64,000 nucleotides of DNA from Planctomycetaceae bacterium (GTDB lineage: Bacteria > Planctomycetota > PLA2): the NCBI GenBank assembly GCA_011525755.1, contig WYBS01000033.1:3691-67690 (forward strand), written 5' to 3'. Both the position numbers and the translations under genes were made by a program. Shown one piece after another: positions 1-9,374 of this stretch. Under the pieces are notes generated by a model. The model did not search any database and was not told the origin of the DNA. It was given only the letters and a program-made list of their open reading frames with translations. Every line of letters begins with the position of its first letter. Position 1 is the stretch's first letter.

Positions 1-1776
1 CCCGAAGCCCCCCCAAGCACCTCCCCGGTACCGGCGCAGCATCGTCTGCTCCGACCGGTACCCGTGGTCGGCCTCGACGGCGAGCGAGACCGTGAAATCC
101 GGGCCCCGGATCATCGCGCCCCGGAGCCCGCGCGTGACCTCCCATCCCTCGGGGACCGGACCGAGCCGGATGCCCGAGTAGAGCTCGGGATCGGGCTTGT
201 CGTCGCCGTCGATCTCGAGCGTGCCGTCGTCGTAGACCGCGCGCCGGATGAGGATCGTCGTGCGCTCGGGCGTGATCCGGCCCGCCTCGACCGGCTCGTC
301 CGGCCGCGCGAGCAGGATGTACCGCGCGCGCGTGCCGACCTCGTTCGTCGTCGGGTCCACGCCGATCCAGCGGCCGACCCACACCTCGCACCAGCCGTGC
401 GCGCCCCAGTCGCTGCCGATGTTCACGTAGCCGCTGCACTGCCGCACCGGGATCCCGGCCGCGCGGCAGAGCCCGGTGAAGAGGAGCGCGTGCTCGCTGC
501 AGTCGCCGACCATCTCGTCGAGGATCTGGAGCATCGTCGGCTGGAGGAGCTTCGTGGGGCCCTTGTCGAGGTTCGAGAAGACCCAGTCCGCGATCCGGCG
601 CGCCGCCTCGCGCGCGTCCTTTGCGTCGCCCACGATCTCCTTCGCGAGCTCGCGGGCGCGCGGGGAGTCCACCTCCATGAGCGCGGTCGCCTTCAGGTGC
701 TCCTCGAACCCCTTCGGGTCGATCGGCAGCGGGCAGGTGGCCTCCGGATCGTCGTGGCTCTTGAGCAGGAGCGTCACCCGGTCGTCCGTCCGCTCCTTCA
801 CCTCGGTGAAGGGGCTCTCCGGGATCTTCGGGGGCTTCGCCGTCTCGTCGGTGCGGACGACGACGTCGACGAGCATCTCCCGCGTCGTGAAGATGCGCGG
901 GAGCTCGACGTTCGTCGGGAGCGTGATCCGGTACCGCGCCGGCCGCCGCGGGAGGTCGCCGTGGCGGACGTTGTCGTCGCGGCGGATGACGCGATCCACG
1001 ATGCGCAGCCGCACGACCGAGCCGTCCTCCGCGAACCACCAGAGCGTGTCGTTCCCCTCGACGGTCTCGACGACCTTGAGCCCGGGGCCCTCGTCGTCCG
1101 GCCCGACGACCCGGAGCTTCGCGGTGACCACGCGCTTGCCGCCGAGGAGCGGGATCTCGAACGTCGCGCCCGGCGTCGCCTCGCCCGCCCGGACCTTCTC
1201 CGCGAGGAAAGCCTCGGCATCGACCATGACGGGTTGCCCGGTCGCCACCTCGAAGTTCTCCTCGCTCGCGCCCGCGAGCACCCGGACCTTGTAGCCCGTG
1301 GGCGTGCGCTCGACCCACGACTTGTCGAGGCGCCCCGGCATCCTCGTCTGGGTCTCCTGCGAGATCAGCTCGCCGCCCTCGGTCCGGAGCGTGCGCGAGA
1401 CCGACGAGGAGTCGAACGCCTCGCGGAACCCCGCCATGTCGCGCTCCTCGCGGGAGACGGTCTCGGTGACGTCCTCGACGAGCCTTCTCCCGTCGCGCTC
1501 GACGGCCCTCCACTCGACGCGCATCGTCGCCGCGCGTTGGCCGTTGAGGAGGTGCTCGTAGGTGCGGAGCGCGATCCGCTCCCCGGCGGCGGGGGTGAGG
1601 GTGCCCGCGGGAGCGGGGGTGCGCCCGCCCGACTCGACGGTCGCGACCGCCTCGTAGGTCTTTCCCGCCTCCCGCGCCTCGCCTTCGGCCCCGGCCAGGG
1701 CCGGCGGCGGCGCGTGGGCCTTCCTGTCGTCCGAGCAGGCCGCGAACGCGAGCAGGAGGACGAGGAGGCGCCGCAT
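1..1776 (-). CDS. Transglutaminase-like (TGc) domain lipoprotein, 3'-truncated by window edge
   Basis: Minus-strand frame is the reverse complement of the junk + ORF 64..1896. ATG at 1776 gives MRRLLVLLLAFAACSDD, a signal peptide with a lipobox Cys. The core motif GDCSEHALLFTGLCRAAGIPVRQCSGYV was verified by hand translation of 421-540. The ORF runs past position 1, so it is absent from the ORF track. Confidence 0.7.
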   Translation of the reverse strand, partial: MRRLLVLLLAFAACSDDRKAHAPPPALAGAEGEAREAGKTYEAVATVESGGRTPAPAGTLTPAAGERIALRTYEHLLNGQRAATMRVEWRAVERDGRRLVEDVTETVSREERDMAGFREAFDSSSVSRTLRTEGGELISQETQTRMPGRLDKSWVERTPTGYKVRVLAGASEENFEVATGQPVMVDAEAFLAEKVRAGEATPGATFEIPLLGGKRVVTAKLRVVGPDDEGPGLKVVETVEGNDTLWWFAEDGSVVRLRIVDRVIRRDDNVRHGDLPRRPARYRITLPTNVELPRIFTTREMLVDVVVRTDETAKPPKIPESPFTEVKERTDDRVTLLLKSHDDPEATCPLPIDPKGFEEHLKATALMEVDSPRARELAKEIVGDAKDAREAARRIADWVFSNLDKGPTKLLQPTMLQILDEMVGDCSEHALLFTGLCRAAGIPVRQCSGYVNIGSDWGAHGWCEVWVGRWIGVDPTTNEVGTRARYILLARPDEPVEAGRITPERTTILIRRAVYDDGTLEIDGDDKPDPELYSGIRLGPVPEGWEVTRGLRGAMIRGPDFTVSLAVEADHGYRSEQTMLRRYRGGAWGGFG

Positions 1777-1850
1777 GGGCGCGATTCTACCCGTGTCGGA
1801 CGAACGCGCCGGGGCCGGCGCGGCCGGGCGCGCGGCCGGCCCTGCCCGCG

Positions 1851-3155
1851 CTACCCGAGGTCCGGCGGCATCACCTTCTTGATCCAGGCGCCGTAGTCGC
1901 CGCCGTAGCCCGCCTTCTCCTGGAGCGCCTTCACGCGCTTGCGGATCTCCGCGAGCCTGTCCGGATCGAGCGGCGTCCTCTTGGCGAGGTGGCCCTTCAC
2001 GACCTCGGCTCCCGCGGCGCCGATCGCGCCCGCGAAGTAGTTCTCGTTCAAGTACGTCGCGACCCTCTGCGCGTGGAGGAGCGAGGCGCGGATGTTGCCC
2101 TGCCCCGTGACCACGTTGCCGACGCCGAAGACGCCCTTCTCCGCGTCGTAGACGCCGAGGTCCCAGTCCTTGAAGTCGAACGTCTCGCCCTTCATCCGGA
2201 TCCCCTCGATGGGCTCCGGGATCGACCCGATCGACGAGAGGACGAGCTCCGTCGGGATCACCTCCTCCGAACCCGCGATCGGCGTCGCCTTTCTCCCTTC
2301 GACCTGCGTCCGGACGACCTTCACGCCGGTGACGCGGCCTCCCTGCGTGACGAGCCCGGTCGGCATCGTCCTGTCCTGGAAGCGGAAGAGGAACTTGCCC
2401 TGCGAGATCGAGAGGAGCTTCTCGCGCGCGGCGTAGGCCTTCTCGAGCTCCTCCGGGTCCTTCGCGCCGGACTGCGCGAGCGGCATGTCCTGCTTCCTGC
2501 GGCGGTAGACGAGGATCGCGCCCTTGAGGCCGAGCGATGCGGGGTCGATGCCCTTCGCCTTGCAGACGGCCGGGATCCCCTGCTTCTCCAGCTCGATCAT
2601 CGGGACGTCGATGCCCTTCTCCCTGAGCGCGCGGCCGTAGATCTCGAGCTGGCAGACCTTCACGACGTCGATCGACGCGAGGCCGCCGCCGAAGACGACG
2701 GCGCCGTCCGGCACGTCGATCTTCCGCCCCCGGAACCCCCCCTCCTCCTTGTGGTTGAACCAGTAGATGAACGGGTTCTGGTACTCGAGCCCCTTCCCCA
2801 CGTAGTCCTCGCAGCCGGGGATCCCGAGAGGCCGGTCGCGCCACGCGCCGTTCGCGAGGAGCACGGCGGAGAGGCCCCAGCGGTCGACGAGGTCCGCAAA
2901 GCCGACGTCCTTGCCGAGCTTCGTGCGCGGGAGGAAGTGGATGCGCTCCTTCGAGAGCCGCGCGTCGATCTTCTCGTACTCCTTCTTGCGCTGGTGCGCG
3001 TGCCAGCGCGGGAGGCCATCCTCGATCTTCCCGTAGGGGCGGTCGTTCATCTCGATGACGACGACCTCGGCGCCACCCTCGGCGAGGATCTCCGCGGCGA
3101 CCGATCCCGAGACGGCGCCTCCGACGACGGCAACGAAATGACGCGGCTGCTCCAT
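1851..3155 (-). CDS. FAD/NAD(P)-binding oxidoreductase (glutamate-synthase-small-subunit/FprA-like)
   Basis: 434-aa ORF with an N-terminal Rossmann motif VAVVGGAVSGSVAAEILAEGGAEVVVIE and DRPYGKIEDGLP, similar to the GltD/FprA dinucleotide-binding pattern. ATG at 3155. Confidence 0.75.
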   Translation of the reverse strand: MEQPRHFVAVVGGAVSGSVAAEILAEGGAEVVVIEMNDRPYGKIEDGLPRWHAHQRKKEYEKIDARLSKERIHFLPRTKLGKDVGFADLVDRWGLSAVLLANGAWRDRPLGIPGCEDYVGKGLEYQNPFIYWFNHKEEGGFRGRKIDVPDGAVVFGGGLASIDVVKVCQLEIYGRALREKGIDVPMIELEKQGIPAVCKAKGIDPASLGLKGAILVYRRRKQDMPLAQSGAKDPEELEKAYAAREKLLSISQGKFLFRFQDRTMPTGLVTQGGRVTGVKVVRTQVEGRKATPIAGSEEVIPTELVLSSIGSIPEPIEGIRMKGETFDFKDWDLGVYDAEKGVFGVGNVVTGQGNIRASLLHAQRVATYLNENYFAGAIGAAGAEVVKGHLAKRTPLDPDRLAEIRKRVKALQEKAGYGGDYGAWIKKVMPPDLG

Positions 3156-3178
3156 CCGACAAACGATACGGTACGGGG

Positions 3179-3207
3179 AGAGTTTTTACGAAACTCGTGA
3201 CATTGAC
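3179..3207. repeat. Left REP-like inverted repeat flanking Y1 transposase gene (gagtttttacgaaactcgtgacattgaca)
   Basis: Its reverse complement recurs at 4380-4404 (tgtcacgagtttcgcaaaaatc). About 22-24 bp imperfect match of the form ttttRcgaaactcgtgacaWt. Confidence 0.6.
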
Positions 3208-3313
3208 ACCTGCGCGCGACACATGCGCACGCCGGTTCGCGCGCCCCGAATTTGTGACACCTCCTCCCGACTAATAGATGTGGATTTCCGCGTACATTCC
3301 CCCGAGGCCTCCC

Positions 3314-4354
3314 ATGCCGCGCGCCGCTCGTCGTGACGAGGCGGGTGCGTGGCACCATGTCATGGGGCGCGGCATCGCGAAGCGCACCATCTTCGAGTGC
3401 CGCGAGGACTTCCGGTACTTCCAGTCGCTGCTCGCGCGGGTCATGCGGCGCGGGCTGCTCGAGGTTCACCTGTTCGCGCTTCTCCAGACCCACTTCCACC
3501 TGCTCGTCCGGAGCCCCGTGGGCACGCTCTCGCAGGCGATGGGGGACGTGCTTCGGCGCTACGCGCGCTGGTTCAACCGCCGCCGCGGGCGCGACGGGGC
3601 CCTCTTCAAGGAGCCGTTCAAGTCGAAGCTCGTGGACAGCGACGCCTACCGGTCCGTACTCGTGCGCTACATCGACCAGAACCCCGTGAAGGCGCGTCTG
3701 GCGTCGCGCGCGACCGGCTACCCCTACTGCAGCGCATTCCACTATGCGCGAGGCGGGGGGCCGCGCTGGCTCGAGCGCAGCTGGGTCGAGCAGGAGGTGA
3801 AGGGGGTCCGGGGGGTCGAGGCGTACGACCCGAGAGACTACGACGTGCGATTCCCCCCCAAGCTCCCGGCGCCGGTCGCGGACTGGATCGAGGACCAGCT
3901 CCTGCGGGGCCGGGACGCCGATCTCGTGGCTCCGTGCGAGGAGTCGCAGGTGGCTTGGATGGTCCGCAAGGCGCTGCTCGCGGACGGCACCGAGCCGTTC
4001 CGGCTACCGCTCCCTCCGGCGTTGGTCCAGGAGGAGTGGGAGCGTCTGCGGGCGCAAGAGGCGGAGTGGCCCGTGCGCGCCTCCCGACAGCCCGAGGGGC
4101 TCTGGTCCGCGCTTCACGCCGGCCTCCTGCGGCGCGCGTGCGGGCTATCGCTCCGGGAGATACGAGCGCGGACGGGCGAGGCGCTCTCGACCATCGCGAG
4201 CCGGGTCAGCCGCCACGACGCCTGCGTGCGGGAGTCCGACGAATACGCGCGCCGCGCGGCGCAGGTTGTCGTGTGCGTCCAGCGACGCCTGACCCGCGAG
4301 TCCCATCCGCATCGGTTCCTGCCGTCCGACGCGGACTCGGCCCTGACGGGCTGA
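3314..4354 (+). CDS. IS200-like / REP-associated tyrosine (Y1, HUH) transposase with about 190-aa C-terminal extension carrying an HTH-like segment
   Basis: HVMGRGIAKRTIF...LLEVHLFALLQTHFHLLVRSP contains the HuH motif, and RYIDQNPVKARL carries the catalytic Tyr region. This matches PF01797/COG1943. The C-terminal GLSLREIRARTGEALSTIASRVSRH resembles a sigma70-r4/LuxR-type HTH. ATG at 3314, or the frame could open at 3278. Confidence 0.7.
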   Translation: MPRAARRDEAGAWHHVMGRGIAKRTIFECREDFRYFQSLLARVMRRGLLEVHLFALLQTHFHLLVRSPVGTLSQAMGDVLRRYARWFNRRRGRDGALFKEPFKSKLVDSDAYRSVLVRYIDQNPVKARLASRATGYPYCSAFHYARGGGPRWLERSWVEQEVKGVRGVEAYDPRDYDVRFPPKLPAPVADWIEDQLLRGRDADLVAPCEESQVAWMVRKALLADGTEPFRLPLPPALVQEEWERLRAQEAEWPVRASRQPEGLWSALHAGLLRRACGLSLREIRARTGEALSTIASRVSRHDACVRESDEYARRAAQVVVCVQRRLTRESHPHRFLPSDADSALTG

Positions 4355-4379
4355 CACCTCCTCCGGGGGAGGGCCCGGC

Positions 4380-4404
4380 CTCGATTGTCACGAGTTTCGC
4401 AAAA
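4380..4404. repeat. Right REP-like inverted repeat
   Basis: Reverse complement matches the 3179-3207 repeat. Confidence 0.6.
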
Positions 4405-4421
4405 ATCCTCCCCGTACCGCA

Positions 4422-5486
4422 TCACTCCTGCACGAAGCGGCCGAAGCGGGCCTTGTCGCTCGCCTTCCGGTAGGCCTCCTCGCCCGAGATCATGCCCTCG
4501 CTCGCGAGGCGGAAGAGCGAGTCGTCCATCCGGTGCATGCCCTCGGCCCTGCCGGCCTGCAGCATCGACTCGATCTTGTGCGCCGCGCCCTCGCGGATCA
4601 CGCTCTTCAATGCCGTGGACGTGAAGAGCAGCTCGGTCGCGGGGATGCGCCCCTCGACGTCCGAGCGCCGGCAGAGGATCTGCGACAGCACGCCCTGGAG
4701 CGACTCCGCGAGCATCGAGCGGATCTGGAGCTGCTGCTCCTCCGGGAAGACCTCGACGATCCGGTCGATCGTCCGGCCCGCGCTGTTCGTGTGGAGCGTG
4801 CTGAAGACGAGCATGCCCATCTCGGCGAGCGTCAGCGCGGAGTGGATCGTCTCCCTGTCGCGCATCTCGCCGACGAGGAGGAGGTCGGGGTCCTGGCGCG
4901 CCGCGGACTTGAGCGCCGCCGCGAACGAGTCCGTGTCGCGGCCGACCTCGCGCTGCGTGAAGGTGGACTCGACGTCGATGTGCATGTACTCGATCGGGTC
5001 CTCGATCGTCACGATGTGCCGCTTCTCGCGCAGGTTGATCATCGCGAGGAGCGCGGCGAGCGTGCTGCTCTTGCCGCTGCCCGTCGGGCCGGTGACGAGC
5101 ACGAGCCCGCTCTGCACGTCCGCGAAGCGCGCGACCTCGGGCGGCAGGCTCAGCTCCTCGAGCGTCGGGATGCGCCGCGGGATCAGCCGGAACACGGCGC
5201 CGATCCCGCCCTGGTGGCGGAAGACGTTCACGCGGAAGCGCCCCGCCCCCTCGACCGCGTACGCGAGGTCGGTCTCGCCGAACCGCTCGAAGATCCCCCT
5301 GTGCCGCTCGTCGAGGACCGGCGCGATGAGCTTCTCGACCGGCGCCGTGGGCACGTCGAGCGGCTCGAGCGCGCCGTGGACGCGGACCTTCGGCGGGAGG
5401 CCGTCGAGGAGGTGCAGGTCGGAGCCCGACCTCTCGACCACCTGCCGGAGCAGGTCGTCCACGTGCGGCTTCGTGCTACCCGGCAT
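4422..5486 (-). CDS. pilT: Type IV pilus retraction ATPase PilT
   Basis: ASDLHL, Walker A GPTGSGKSST, Walker B DLLLVGEMRD, TLHTNSA. 354 aa, ATG at 5486. Confidence 0.9.
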   Translation of the reverse strand: MPGSTKPHVDDLLRQVVERSGSDLHLLDGLPPKVRVHGALEPLDVPTAPVEKLIAPVLDERHRGIFERFGETDLAYAVEGAGRFRVNVFRHQGGIGAVFRLIPRRIPTLEELSLPPEVARFADVQSGLVLVTGPTGSGKSSTLAALLAMINLREKRHIVTIEDPIEYMHIDVESTFTQREVGRDTDSFAAALKSAARQDPDLLLVGEMRDRETIHSALTLAEMGMLVFSTLHTNSAGRTIDRIVEVFPEEQQLQIRSMLAESLQGVLSQILCRRSDVEGRIPATELLFTSTALKSVIREGAAHKIESMLQAGRAEGMHRMDDSLFRLASEGMISGEEAYRKASDKARFGRFVQE

Positions 5487-6519
5487 CCTCGAACCTCTTC
5501 CGGTTTTTCGCGTGGCGCGCGGCCGTGGCGCGGTCGATGAGGCCCTCCGCGACCATCTCCTGGAGCCTCGCGTCGAGGTCGATCATCCCCTGGCGGCGGC
5601 CTGTCTGGAGCTGCGAGGCGATCTGGTGCGTGCGGCCGTCCCGGATGACGTGCGCGACCGCGGGGGTCACCTGCAGGATCTCGTACGCGGGCACGCGCCG
5701 GCCGCCGCCGAGCCGCGGCAGCAGGCGCTGCGAGATCACCGTGCGGAGCGACGCCGCGATCATCGTGCGGATCTGCTCCTGCTCGGCGGGGGGGAAGACG
5801 TCGATGAGCCGGCTCACGGTCGAGGCGGCGTCGCGCGTGTGCAGCGTGCCGAGGACGAGGTGGCCGGTCTCGGCGGCGACGACCGCGGTGCGGATCGTCT
5901 CGACGTCGCGCAGCTCGGAGACGAGGATCACGTTCGGGTCCTCGCGCAGCGCGGCGCGGAGCGCGCGCGAGAAGGAGCGCGTGTGCGGCCCGACCTGCCG
6001 CTGCGTCACGTTGCACCCCTCGCTCGGGAACACGAACTCGATCGGGTCCTCGATCGTGACGATGTGCTCCTTGCGCGAGCGGTTCACCTGCTGGAGCAGC
6101 GCCGCGAGCGTGCAGGTCTTGCCGCAGCCGGCCGGCCCCGTCGCGAGCACCATCCCCGTGCGGAACCACGTCGCCTCGTTCAAGGACTCCGGGAGACCGA
6201 GTTCCGCGAGCGGCTGGACCGCGACCGGGATGCACTTGATCGCGAGCGCCGCGCCGCGCGCGTGGCGGTGCAGGTTGACGCGGAAGCGGCCGAGATCCCC
6301 CGTCTCGAAGCAGAAGTCCACGTCGCTCCCGGGCGCGACGCCTCCGCGTTTCGCGCACGCGGCGCCGAGCGCGTCCGCCTCCTGCGTGTCGATCTCCTCC
6401 CGCGGGAGCCGCGCGATCTCGCCCTCGACGCGCACGTAGGGGACGGCGCCCGCGGAGATGTGGAGGTCCGACGCGCCGCGCCGCCGCGCCTCCGCGAGGA
6501 ACTCCTCGAGCGTGGTCAA
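5476..6519 (-). CDS. PilT/PilU-family hexameric ATPase paralogue
   Basis: ASDLHISAG, Walker A GPAGCGKTCT, ILVSELRD, TLHTRDA. Uses a TTG start at 6519 (ccccattgaccacg). Overlaps pilT by 11 nt. Confidence 0.85.
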   Translation of the reverse strand: MTTLEEFLAEARRRGASDLHISAGAVPYVRVEGEIARLPREEIDTQEADALGAACAKRGGVAPGSDVDFCFETGDLGRFRVNLHRHARGAALAIKCIPVAVQPLAELGLPESLNEATWFRTGMVLATGPAGCGKTCTLAALLQQVNRSRKEHIVTIEDPIEFVFPSEGCNVTQRQVGPHTRSFSRALRAALREDPNVILVSELRDVETIRTAVVAAETGHLVLGTLHTRDAASTVSRLIDVFPPAEQEQIRTMIAASLRTVISQRLLPRLGGGRRVPAYEILQVTPAVAHVIRDGRTHQIASQLQTGRRQGMIDLDARLQEMVAEGLIDRATAARHAKNRKRFEDAG

Positions 6520-6541
6520 TGGGGGGGCTCCGGGGGCGCGC

Positions 6542-6979
6542 TCAGCCTTTCAACCACTCGATCTTCCCGCCCGGCAGGAAGTAGATCATGAACATCGCGC
6601 CGCCAAGGACGTTCGCGGGGTGGGTCGTGCCCGGCGGGTAGACGATCCAGCCCGGCGGGTCGCCGTCGAAGGTCGGCGAGCCCTCGTAGGCGAAGCAGAA
6701 GTTGATCTCGCCCGCGGGGTGCGTGTGGCGCATCCCCTTGCCGCGGGAGAGGACGCAGTCGACCGAGAAGCCGCTGCGGTCCTTCGCGAGGCGGCCGAAG
6801 CGCGTCGATCCCGCCTCCTTCGGGCAGAGAGCGTCGGCGTGCTCCCGGCAGAGTTCCCGGAGCTCGGGCAGGTCGCCGAAGCGCGCTGCGAGGGAGCGCT
6901 CGGTCGCCGCCTTGTCGGCGAGGTCGCAGGTCCTCAGGTGGTCGAGGACCGGGTCGAGGTGCTTCCAGATCGCGTCCAT
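6542..6979 (-). CDS. Conserved hypothetical protein (DUF4863-like), about 145 aa
   Basis: ATG at 6979 is preceded by GAAGGAGG 10 nt upstream. Contains HTHPAGEINFCFAYEGSPTFDGDPPGWIVYPPGTTH. The family assignment is from memory and is tentative. Confidence 0.45.
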   Translation of the reverse strand: MDAIWKHLDPVLDHLRTCDLADKAATERSLAARFGDLPELRELCREHADALCPKEAGSTRFGRLAKDRSGFSVDCVLSRGKGMRHTHPAGEINFCFAYEGSPTFDGDPPGWIVYPPGTTHPANVLGGAMFMIYFLPGGKIEWLKG

Positions 6980-7002
6980 CGCTCCGCCGCCTCCTTCAAG
7001 CT

Positions 7003-7923
7003 TCACTCCACCGTGAAGGGCAGCTCGTTCGACTCGCCGTCGTCGAGCAGCTCGAAGATGTCCGTGCCGGGGTCCGTGTAGGGATCGACGACGGCGTAGG
7101 CCACGATCACGTCGCCGACGAGCGGGAAGTTGACGGTGCGGATGTTGAAGACCCGCGTTCCCCTCCGGTCGTTGATGCGCGGGATTGCGTCCTCCGAGAT
7201 GAGGATGCCCGCGACCGTGCAGACGGTCTCCACGGGGCCGCGCGACGGCGCGACGTAGAAGACCTGGGTGTCGGTCGGCTGCGGGAGCGGAGCGCCCGCG
7301 CCGTCGACGGGCAGGAAGGGCACGAGCCCGACCGCCGCGTCGGGGCCGACCGCGACGTGGAGGAGCCCCGGCACGGCGCCCGTGGGCACCGTGGCGGTGA
7401 TCGTCGTGTCGGTCGAGGAGACCACGGCCCCCTCCACCCCCCCGAAGAAGACGCGCAGGGCGCCCGCCGCGAAGCCGCTGCCGCCGATCGTCACCGTGGC
7501 GCCCTCCTGCGCGGTATCGGGCGTCACGCTCGCGAGCGTGGGCCCGGTGTAGGGCAGCGCCTCGTAGGTCGCGGTGTCGAGCACGTCGCCGCCCGTCTGG
7601 AGGTAGACCTCCGCGAGCTGCGGCACGCCGAGGGGCGGCGGGTCGAGCGTGAGGACCGCATACTCGCCGCCGATGGTCATGTCGGCCGTGCGGTCGACGC
7701 CGTTGACGACGAGGCGGAGGACGGTCGTCGGGTCGAAGTCCAGGGAGTCCGACGCCATCTTCACCGCGATCTGGAGCGCGGGCCCGTCGGAGACGACGAC
7801 CTGCCCGTCGCCGCGTTCGCCTTGGACCGCGAACCGCTCGGGCCGCACGAAGTCGAACTCCGGGCTGCAGGCGGGAAGGAGGAGGAGCGCGAGGAGGAGG
7901 GAGGATCGCCGCACGCGGGACAT
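7003..7923 (-). CDS. IPT/TIG-domain lipoprotein
   Basis: ATG at 7923 gives MSRVRRSSLLLALLLLPACSPEF (lipobox). TIG-like segment ASVTPDTAQEGATVTIGGSGFAAG...TTITATVP. Its ATG overlaps the TAA of the upstream permease (TAATG). Confidence 0.6.
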   Translation of the reverse strand: MSRVRRSSLLLALLLLPACSPEFDFVRPERFAVQGERGDGQVVVSDGPALQIAVKMASDSLDFDPTTVLRLVVNGVDRTADMTIGGEYAVLTLDPPPLGVPQLAEVYLQTGGDVLDTATYEALPYTGPTLASVTPDTAQEGATVTIGGSGFAAGALRVFFGGVEGAVVSSTDTTITATVPTGAVPGLLHVAVGPDAAVGLVPFLPVDGAGAPLPQPTDTQVFYVAPSRGPVETVCTVAGILISEDAIPRINDRRGTRVFNIRTVNFPLVGDVIVAYAVVDPYTDPGTDIFELLDDGESNELPFTVE

Positions 7924-9374
7924 TATTGCCGCAGTTTCGGGTCGAGGGCGTCTCGGAGCCCCTCGCCGACGAGATTGAGGATCGTGACCGTGAAGAAGAT
8001 CGCGAAGCCGGGCCCGTGGATGAGCCAGTGCTCCTTGGTCTGCCGCCCCTGCAGCAGCACCTGCCCCCAGGAGGGCACGTTGGGGTCGCCGAGACCGAGG
8101 AAGGCGAGGCCCGACTCCAGGAGGATCGCGGACGCCACGCCGAACGTCGCGGTCACGAAGATCGGGTGGATCGCGTTCGGCAGGATGTGCTTGAAGACGA
8201 TCCTCCGCTGCGGGATGCCGAGCGCGCGCGCCGCGAATACGTAGTCGAGGCCGCGCTCGGACAGGAACTGGCCGCGGATGAGGCGTGCCGCGCCCGTCCA
8301 CCCGATGATCCCGATCGCGAACATGATCATGAAGATGTTCTTCTTCCCGGTGACCGCGACGAGGATCAGGATGAAGGCGAAGCTCGGGAAGCAGAGCATG
8401 ATCTCGACGAGGCGCATGCCGAGGATATCGACCCAGCGGCCGAAGTACCCCATGAGCGAGCCGAGGATCGTCCCGATCGTGCAGTAGATCGAGACCGCGA
8501 CGACGCCGATCGTCAGCGACACGCGCGTCCCGTAGAGGAGCATCGCGAAGACGTCGCGGCCGTTGCGGTCCGTGCCGAGAGGGTGCCACGTCCCCCAGCC
8601 GCCCTTGAGCGTCGGCGCCTCGACGATGCGCTCCTCGTCGTTGTCGTCGTGGTGATAGCCGAAGGGGGGGAGCGCCATCGTGTAGCCGAGGGCCGGGTCC
8701 TCCTGCATCTCGAGCGCCCGTGCGCGCCGCTCCTTCCACTTGGCGATCTCGCGTTCCGCGGTGTCGGCGCGCTCGCGTGCGGCGAGGCGGTCCGCCTCCG
8801 CGTTCGACCGCGCGGACCCCGCGAGGGCTCCCTCGCCGAGGCGCGCCTCCACGCCCGCGATCACGCCCTGCGCCTCCCGCAGCTTCCTCTCGAAGCTTCG
8901 GAGCTTCACGTCGGAAAGGACGACGTCGAGATCGGGCGCACGGATGGCGAGGTAATCGATCTTCGGCCGCGAATAGTGGAAGGGGCCGGAGGGGAGCAGG
9001 ATGAGCATGTAGACGGCGACGAGCGCCGCCGCGCCGACCGTGACCATCGTGCGCCGCTGCCGGCCCCGCGTGGAGCGCCAGAGGAGGAGGCCGGGAACCA
9101 GCGCTACGAGCAGGAGGTTGAAGAAGAGGTCGACGCCGCTCGGGAACCGGTTCTGGTCGAAGAGATCCGAGAACCACGGGAAGCGCGGCGTGCGGGCCGC
9201 CTCGGGATGGCCCTCGGGCAGCGAGATGTAGAAGGGCGAGCTCGTGCAGAAGACCGGCGCGAGGATCGCGAGGACGAAGAGGACCGCGAGCATCCGCAGG
9301 CCCCAGACGGCCATGCGGTTCTTCGCGAACTGGGTCCGGACGATGTCCCAGTAGGTCTTTTCCGGGGCGATCAC
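7923..9374 (-). CDS. ABC transporter permease, OppC/DppC family, with about 180-aa insertion (2 extra TM helices + coiled coil)
   Basis: GTG start overlaps the upstream stop (GTGA) at 9374. Conserved HPLGTDRNGRDVFAMLLYGTRVSL and the C-terminal EAA-loop region are present. The insert VDLFFNLLLVALVPGLLLW...KLRSFERKLREAQ...EREIAKWKERRARALE lies between TM1 and the conserved core. Confidence 0.85.
   Translation of the reverse strand: MIAPEKTYWDIVRTQFAKNRMAVWGLRMLAVLFVLAILAPVFCTSSPFYISLPEGHPEAARTPRFPWFSDLFDQNRFPSGVDLFFNLLLVALVPGLLLWRSTRGRQRRTMVTVGAAALVAVYMLILLPSGPFHYSRPKIDYLAIRAPDLDVVLSDVKLRSFERKLREAQGVIAGVEARLGEGALAGSARSNAEADRLAARERADTAEREIAKWKERRARALEMQEDPALGYTMALPPFGYHHDDNDEERIVEAPTLKGGWGTWHPLGTDRNGRDVFAMLLYGTRVSLTIGVVAVSIYCTIGTILGSLMGYFGRWVDILGMRLVEIMLCFPSFAFILILVAVTGKKNIFMIMFAIGIIGWTGAARLIRGQFLSERGLDYVFAARALGIPQRRIVFKHILPNAIHPIFVTATFGVASAILLESGLAFLGLGDPNVPSWGQVLLQGRQTKEHWLIHGPGFAIFFTVTILNLVGEGLRDALDPKLRQ

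Larger units (their letters stand above)
3179..4412 (+). mobile_element. RAYT/IS200-like Y1-transposase element bounded by inverted REP-like repeats
   Basis: HUH/Y1 transposase gene bracketed by a 22-24-bp inverted repeat (3179-3207 and 4380-4404). The local AT content is higher than in the neighbours. The element sits between unrelated genes (FAD oxidoreductase and pilT). Confidence 0.6.

Noticed and set aside
64-1896. 610-aa + strand ORF, and the nested 476..1294 (+) and 798..1220 (-) ORFs
   Set aside because: Arg/Asp/Ala-rich low-complexity translation. It is the antisense of the verified transglutaminase-like lipoprotein gene on the minus strand.
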